Source: the human T2T-CHM13v2.0 reference genome, Homo sapiens. Taken from it: DNA of 64,000 nt. Shown here one piece after another: positions 58,099-64,000 of the stretch. The notes beneath the pieces were generated by a model. It saw nothing but the letters and a program-made list of their open reading frames with translations. It ran no database searches and was not told where the DNA came from. Within the stretch, counting starts at the first letter, position 1. Every line of letters starts with the position of its first letter. The DNA is taken from assembly GCF_009914755.1 (NCBI RefSeq), contig NC_060930.1. The stretch is one strand, 5' to 3'. A program made the position numbers and the translations under genes.

Positions 58099-58621
58099 TC
58101 ACTTTAGAATGAGTCGTTCAGAATTTACTACACTCTGGAGGAACTGAATAACTGCAGCTTTAATAAAGAGCAATCTGCATGGCAGCTATCACAACAGGCT
58201 CTAGTCAATGCCTAGACTTAAGGGATTGTGGAAGAAATGGGAAAAAATCCAGATAAAGATGCCATCAAACCTTTCCTGGTACCCACCCTCAGACCTCTCC
58301 CCTCCCCTCCCAGTGCCATGTTTCTGCCTTCTCTCACACAACCCCACAGAAAACAAGTAGAAACCCACTGGAAAAGTCTTTGAGTCAGAAGAGTGAGCAC
58401 CCATGGGGGCACAGGGCAGGAGGCAGTAGTGACTGGGGTGTTGGCATCATTCTCTTTCCTGAGCAAAATGATGGTTCCACAGGTTTATGCTTGGTGTTCA
58501 TTAATTAAGCTGCACATTTGTTTTGTATACTCTGTATATGCATTTTACATTTCATGACATAAAAGAGTTAAAAAAAAAAAAGAAAAATTTCTGAAAGAAA
58601 CCTTTTTCCCTTTTTAAAAAA

Positions 58622-58740
58622 AGATACAGGGTCTTGCTATGTTGCCCAAGCTGGACTCTATAACTCCTGGGCTCAAGTGATTCCCCCACGTCAGCCCCCA
58701 GAGTAGCTGTGACTACAGGCATGCACCACCACACCTAGCC
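58622..58740 (-). mobile_element. Alu monomer (FLAM-like)
   Basis: gggtcttgctatgttgccca...ctcctgggctcaagtgat...cacctagcc. Confidence 0.85.
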
Positions 58741-59272
58741 TTTTTGCTTTTTTGATAGCGCATTAGGGAGTAAGTGCACCTGTCCATCTTTATTATAAAT
58801 TAAAATATTATGTAAATGATTTGCTCTCCAAGAAAATCAACTCTTTACCTCAGTTTGTTCTCAAGAACTCCAAAGGGAACACAACTGCCAATGGAACTTG
58901 GCTGAATCCTTTTTCCCGTCTAGGTGATCCTAGTGGTAAACTTGCTCATTCGGGTGCTCCTGAAAACAGTATAATCCGTATGGCGAGGCCAGCAGCTATT
59001 CACTGTTCCAACATTTTGCTGGCCACCGTACCCAGGTCTTTGCTGATTTTATTCCCCAAATGGCAAGAATTTTTTTTATGGCTAATAGTGCTGGTAGATA
59101 GAAATTCAAAGGGTTTTCTACCAAAGGCTGAAGAGAATGCAGCTGTGTGCGAGTACAGGCATAAGACATTTTCATTTTTCCTCCCTAATGAGTAATAAAA
59201 GATGTATTGGCAATCACCTCTACTCTTAGTGCTGGCTGATATAGCAGTAATGGCCACTTCAAAAAATTCAGA

Positions 59273-59403
59273 AGCCAGGTGTGGTGGTACATGCCTGTAG
59301 TCCCAGCTACTCGAGAGGGCAAGGCAGGAGGATCGCTTGGGCCCAAGAGTTTGAGGCCAACCTGGGCAACACATAGTGGGACCACTGTATCAATCAATAA
59401 ATA
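59273..59403 (+). mobile_element. Alu monomer (FLAM-like)
   Basis: ~130-nt monomer; TSD aaaaa(t/c)tcagaa. Confidence 0.85.
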
Positions 59404-60299
59404 AAAACTCAGAAATAAAAAGAAATTCATGGAATTGGAAAGTGTCAGAGCCAGAATGCTGCAATTTTTAAGGTTTGTTTTTTTTTTTTAAATCAAAGGG
59501 GTGAAAAATATTTTGAGAGAGAACTCAAGGAATGACAGTAAATCACAGCTACAATGAAATGCTGTTTTCCACCTCAAGGGGGAAAAAAAGGCATTTTGAT
59601 CATTGTATATAGTTCTGTTCTTTAAGGGTTCTCTGTTCTAAAAACAAATAAAAATAAGAAATAGATTTCTCTAAAATTGCTGGATTCCTGATTTTCACCA
59701 AAAAGTCTTACAGCCAATTTCAACATACTCCCTGTGCTGTAGCTATAGCTGTTCTTGGCTACCTTTTTAAACGAATGCCCATAAATCTGATTAGAAAGCT
59801 TTGTGTGACTCTTTTGGTAAGTCTCTCAAAATAAAGTACTGAAGAATCAAGAAATAGTTTTTCCCCAAAAGAGGAAGAAGTACATCACAATAGTGACTAA
59901 TTAATGTGTATAGTCGGAGCATTCCATTGATCTTTCAATACAGAATAGCTCACATTTTTTCTAGTAAATTCTATATAGACATGGAAACGAAATGCTTTCC
60001 TACTTGCTCCTTTTTTCACACCTGCAGTAATTAAGATGACAATTTTCACATTCCCTTAGAATAATTCAGCACTTTGACTCTAATTGTATTAGGTCTAAAT
60101 TCACAAAAAAAAGTTACACAACCTTTTACCATTCTGGAATTCAATGGTTTTAGGATAAAACTAAATTATTCTAAATTGAACATGAGCAAGTAATAATAGC
60201 ATCCGAAAAGCATCTAAAGTGTAAAAATGCAGAATGTGTGGCTCTAAGCTGACGGGTTAGAAGGGGAAAAAAATCCTTTGTAGACAAATTACAGATTTG

Positions 60300-61050
60300 A
60301 TCATAAGCATAACTGATCGAGCTCACCGGGCAGAGCAGAGGGTGAAGGTGTACGCATGAAGAGCATCAGCTGCCTGACGAACTGCAAGAACTTCTGTAAG
60401 GGGCACGTGGGTACAGGCTGCATTTGAGGAAGCCTGTAAGAGGCGAGGCTGGAGGCGCCGGCAAGGGCACAATCAGGACAGGCCTGAGGACAGGGAGCTG
60501 AACTTTATTCCAAAAGCAAAGGTTAACGGCTGGAAGGCTTTAAACAGACAAGAAACATAATCAGATTTGTGGCAATGTAAAGGAAGAACTGGAAGGTGGA
60601 GAAAATGCTAGCAGGAAGGCCAGTTACCAGACTACAGCAAAACCAGGCAAGAGATGATGCACTGGGTGAGGCAAAGGCAGAAGGAATCCATAGGAGAAAC
60701 ATTGCAATAGAAGAAAAAGAGTCTACTGGACTACAATGGATGTAAAGATTTATGGGTAAGGAGAAACTAGGTATTTTCTCCTAAAATGATAGTTTGAGTG
60801 GATGGTAATACCAGTAACCAATACTAGATTGTACAAGGTAGAATATATTTGGATGATGAAAGATTGGTTAACCTGTAGCATTTGAAGGTCCCATGGAACC
60901 CCTAAGTGAAGATGTCTAGAAGGCTGAGAACTCAGGAGATAGGTTTAGACTCCAGATAGAGAACTGGTGAGCAGGGGCATGTTGGTGGTGGTTTCAAAGC
61001 TGTGAGAGGAGATGAGGTCACCTTAGGAAGTTTCTAGAGTGTTGAGGAAA
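60300..61050 (-). mobile_element. L2 fragment
   Basis: ggagctgaactttattc...ataatcagatttgtg...ccaggcaagagatgatg...ctaagtgaagatgtctag. Confidence 0.65.
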
Positions 61051-61739
61051 CCATAGTTCAAGGGCAAGTTAGAAGATGTGAAGGCCAGGCTGAAAGAGGC
61101 AGCTTGGAGAGAAGTAGGGGCATCTTTCTCTGCGCTTCAGAAAGAGAGAGTGTTGTAAGGGGTGAGGGGCTACAGAGAAATTTAGAGTTCCTGCCTGATG
61201 ACTTCAGCTTCCTCCGTAGCATGGGAAATGGGGGCACGCACACAAGGTGAAAACACAGCAGTGTAGAGAGTTTTAGCAGTAGCAGGCATGAAGGGAGAGG
61301 CAGCTGTTCTGGGCCACACAACTTGGCAGGGAGGAGTCTCTGCCAGTGCAATGGTGTGGGATTCTCTACCTGCAGCAGGCTGAATGCAGGACACAGAAGA
61401 CGAAACACTGGCTTGATTCAGAATTTCATAGCTAGAAGTAACCTCAGAAACTGTTTGGTCTTTCTCTCTTCTCCTTCTATCTTGCCCTTGATTTTTCTTC
61501 CTCTCTTTCACTCTCTGTGCTCAATATTATCGACCAGTGTCAGGGAAGAGAAGTAAATGAGGGTCAGGCAGGTCTTTAAGGGTTGAGGCCAGTGAAATGT
61601 GTATAAACTTTAAATACCAAAGAAAATAGATGCTTCATAGATTCCTAAATCAACTACCACACATAGAAGATATCACATTGTATATGTTTCCATGTTATTG
61701 CAAACAAGAATCCACCTCCTTTCACAATCAAGATTCTTG

Positions 61740-63200
61740 AAAACCCTGTTGACATGGTTGGAGCCTCTACCCCAACTACTCCACCAAAATCACTCTTGTT
61801 CAAGTCAACAGTGCAACATCTAAATAAACCATCTTTCTATATTCTTGAACTCTCTAAAGTATCTGACACTATTGGCCTCTTTCTTGGAACTTCCCCTTAG
61901 CTTACACCTCTACTGCTTTTCCTTCCACCCCTTACATATTCCCAAGATCTCTATCTTCATTCCTCCTATCTTCCTACTCCACACTCGTGGAGCCATCTAA
62001 CTCACACCTATGACTTCACACTCATGTCTCCCATATCCAGCCCTCTCTCCTGATATCCATGGATACTATGTGGATGACCCTCAGGAACTGCAAACCAACA
62101 TTTCCAAAACTGCACTCATCATCTTTGTTCCATTCAAACCTGATTCTCCTCACCCAAGCCAGAATCCCAGGAGTTTTTCTTCACTGACCCCTCTCCCTCA
62201 CTCCTGACAGCCAGTCACCCTGTGAATTTGCCCTTTCTCCAACTCTATAAACACTGCAGTTCAGCCCTTCATTATTTCTTAACTACAAGGAACATGGCCT
62301 CCTACCAGGTCCCCTGACATCCCCTCAAGGCCCTTCAGAAATGATTTGCTCCAATGTATACAAAGAGCTTCCTAAACACAAACCTAATCATAAGAGTAAT
62401 GCTTCTTAGAGTCATTCATTAATACCCCACAGCTCCTTTGCATGGCATGCCAGCCCCTCTCCCCACAGTCTAACCCCTCTATGACCTGGCCCTTCTTGGG
62501 CCCCATCTCCCAGCACTGACTCCCATGCACCCCATGCACAAGCCATACAGAATTACATGCACCTCCCTGCTATAGACTGAACGTTCATGTCCCTCTAAAA
62601 TTCATGTGTTGAAACCTAACCCCCAGTGTGTTGGTATGTGGAGGTGGGGCCTTTGGGATTATGATTAGGTCATAAGGGCAGAGCCCTCATAAATGGGATG
62701 AGTGCCCTTATAAAAGAGACCCCAGAGAGCTGCCTTGGCCCTTCCACCATATGAGGTTACAGTGAGAAAGATGACCATCTATGAGTCAGGAAGCTGGCCC
62801 TCGCCAGACACCAAATCCACTGATGCTTTGATCATGGACTCGCCAGACTCTGGAGCTGTGAGAAATAAACTTCTGCTCTTTATGAGCCACCCAGTCAAAA
62901 GTATTCTGTTATGACAGCCCAAACGGCCTAATATACTCCCCAAATGCCTCCTTCTTGCCTCTAAACTTGTGCAGATGTTGCTCCCTCTGCCTAGACATCC
63001 TAACCTTTCCCGACCACCAGCCCCTTCATCTGCCACTCCCAACTGTCCTTGGATTCTGTTTTGACAATACCTCCTCTGCAAAGCCTTTCCCCCTTCTCTC
63101 TAGTGATAGCTGGCTGCCTTTTCTTGGTTCTTCAAACCCTCCCCCAGCATTAACCATTACAAAGCCTTGATGTCTGCCTCCAGCCTTTGAGCCACTTGAT
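61740..63200 (+). mobile_element. L2 fragment interrupted by MLT1A
   Basis: ccaccaaaatcactcttgttcaagtcaaca...tccagccctctctcctga...aacatttccaaaactgcactcatc. Confidence 0.65.
62568..62935 (+). mobile_element. MLT1A-type MaLR solo LTR, full length
   Basis: tgctatagactgaa...cctaatata; exact 5-bp TSD ctccc at 62563 and 62936. Confidence 0.92.
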
Positions 63201-64000
63201 AACAGGTATACATACCATCCTGGCCACTAACACTCATTCATTAAGTTTGCAGAAATAATGAATTATTGATTAAATGAAAAAAGGCTTTGCTTTTGAGCCA
63301 GCTACTGCTAAGTAGTGTTTCTAAGAGATGACACATACTTAAATAGAAAAATGGGAAAAGAGAACAAAGAGATGTGCCTATGGAAAATGAAGAAGGGGCT
63401 GCCACTTTTCTCTTGGAATCCATGGCTCTTCACTCTCCACTGGGAGGAGACCCACTGCAAAAGGAATCATGAATCATTAACTGGAGAGGACAGAGAGGGT
63501 CAATTTGGAAAGCTGACAAGGCTAAGCAATTAACTTATCATTTTGAGGATCTATTTCAAGAAGTTGAAATACTAATTTTCCTTATCACAACGAATGTATC
63601 TAATCTCTTCTGCAAAAATGGGGTCAAAGAGATTTTTTAAAAGACTATCTTAGAACAGAGGAACAAAACCTGCTCAAAAATGTTTACAGGTGAACAAGAA
63701 AATGGTCAAAGAGAAGCTGACCCCTGGTATTTTAATGAAGATATCATGCATTATAACTTAATACCTGGCCCGTGATAGAAATGAATATTTATAAGTGGGA
63801 ACCCATAACAAACTACAATTTGATGACTGAGTATCAACACCTGGACTTCCAACTCATGAGAATGCCTTTCTCTGCATAGGGCTACATCCTTGCTGTCTTT
63901 TGCTTATACTCTGAATATCTACTCAAGAATACAGGAGCATATGGTATGTTTCTGTAGTTTCACCAAGTTTCACAAGCATTACATCAACTCCCCCAAACAG

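Overview
Primate (almost certainly human) genomic DNA. It holds the 3' part of FAXC (C6orf168, metaxin-like GST-fold protein) on the minus strand: three coding exons (58039-57816, 26205-26089, 15819-15530) and a long, repeat-poor putative 3' UTR. Downstream of the gene, on the same strand, lies the 5' end of an HERV9/LTR12 provirus (LTR 2538-3393, tRNA-Arg PBS, gag with three in-frame stops). The introns are ordinary mosaics of Alu, MIR, L2, L1M, MaLR/ERVL LTR and DNA-transposon fossils plus microsatellites. I found no convincing novel multi-gene system. The best leads are a GC-AG last intron whose spliced junction rebuilds a canonical donor (AAG|GTGAG), a local templated copy of an Alu arm inserted into an L2 with junction microhomology, a MIR-derived let-7 site in the UTR, and inverted Alus around the GC-donor exon. 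Repeat family names come from recalled consensus sequences and were not verified by search; repeat boundaries are approximate.
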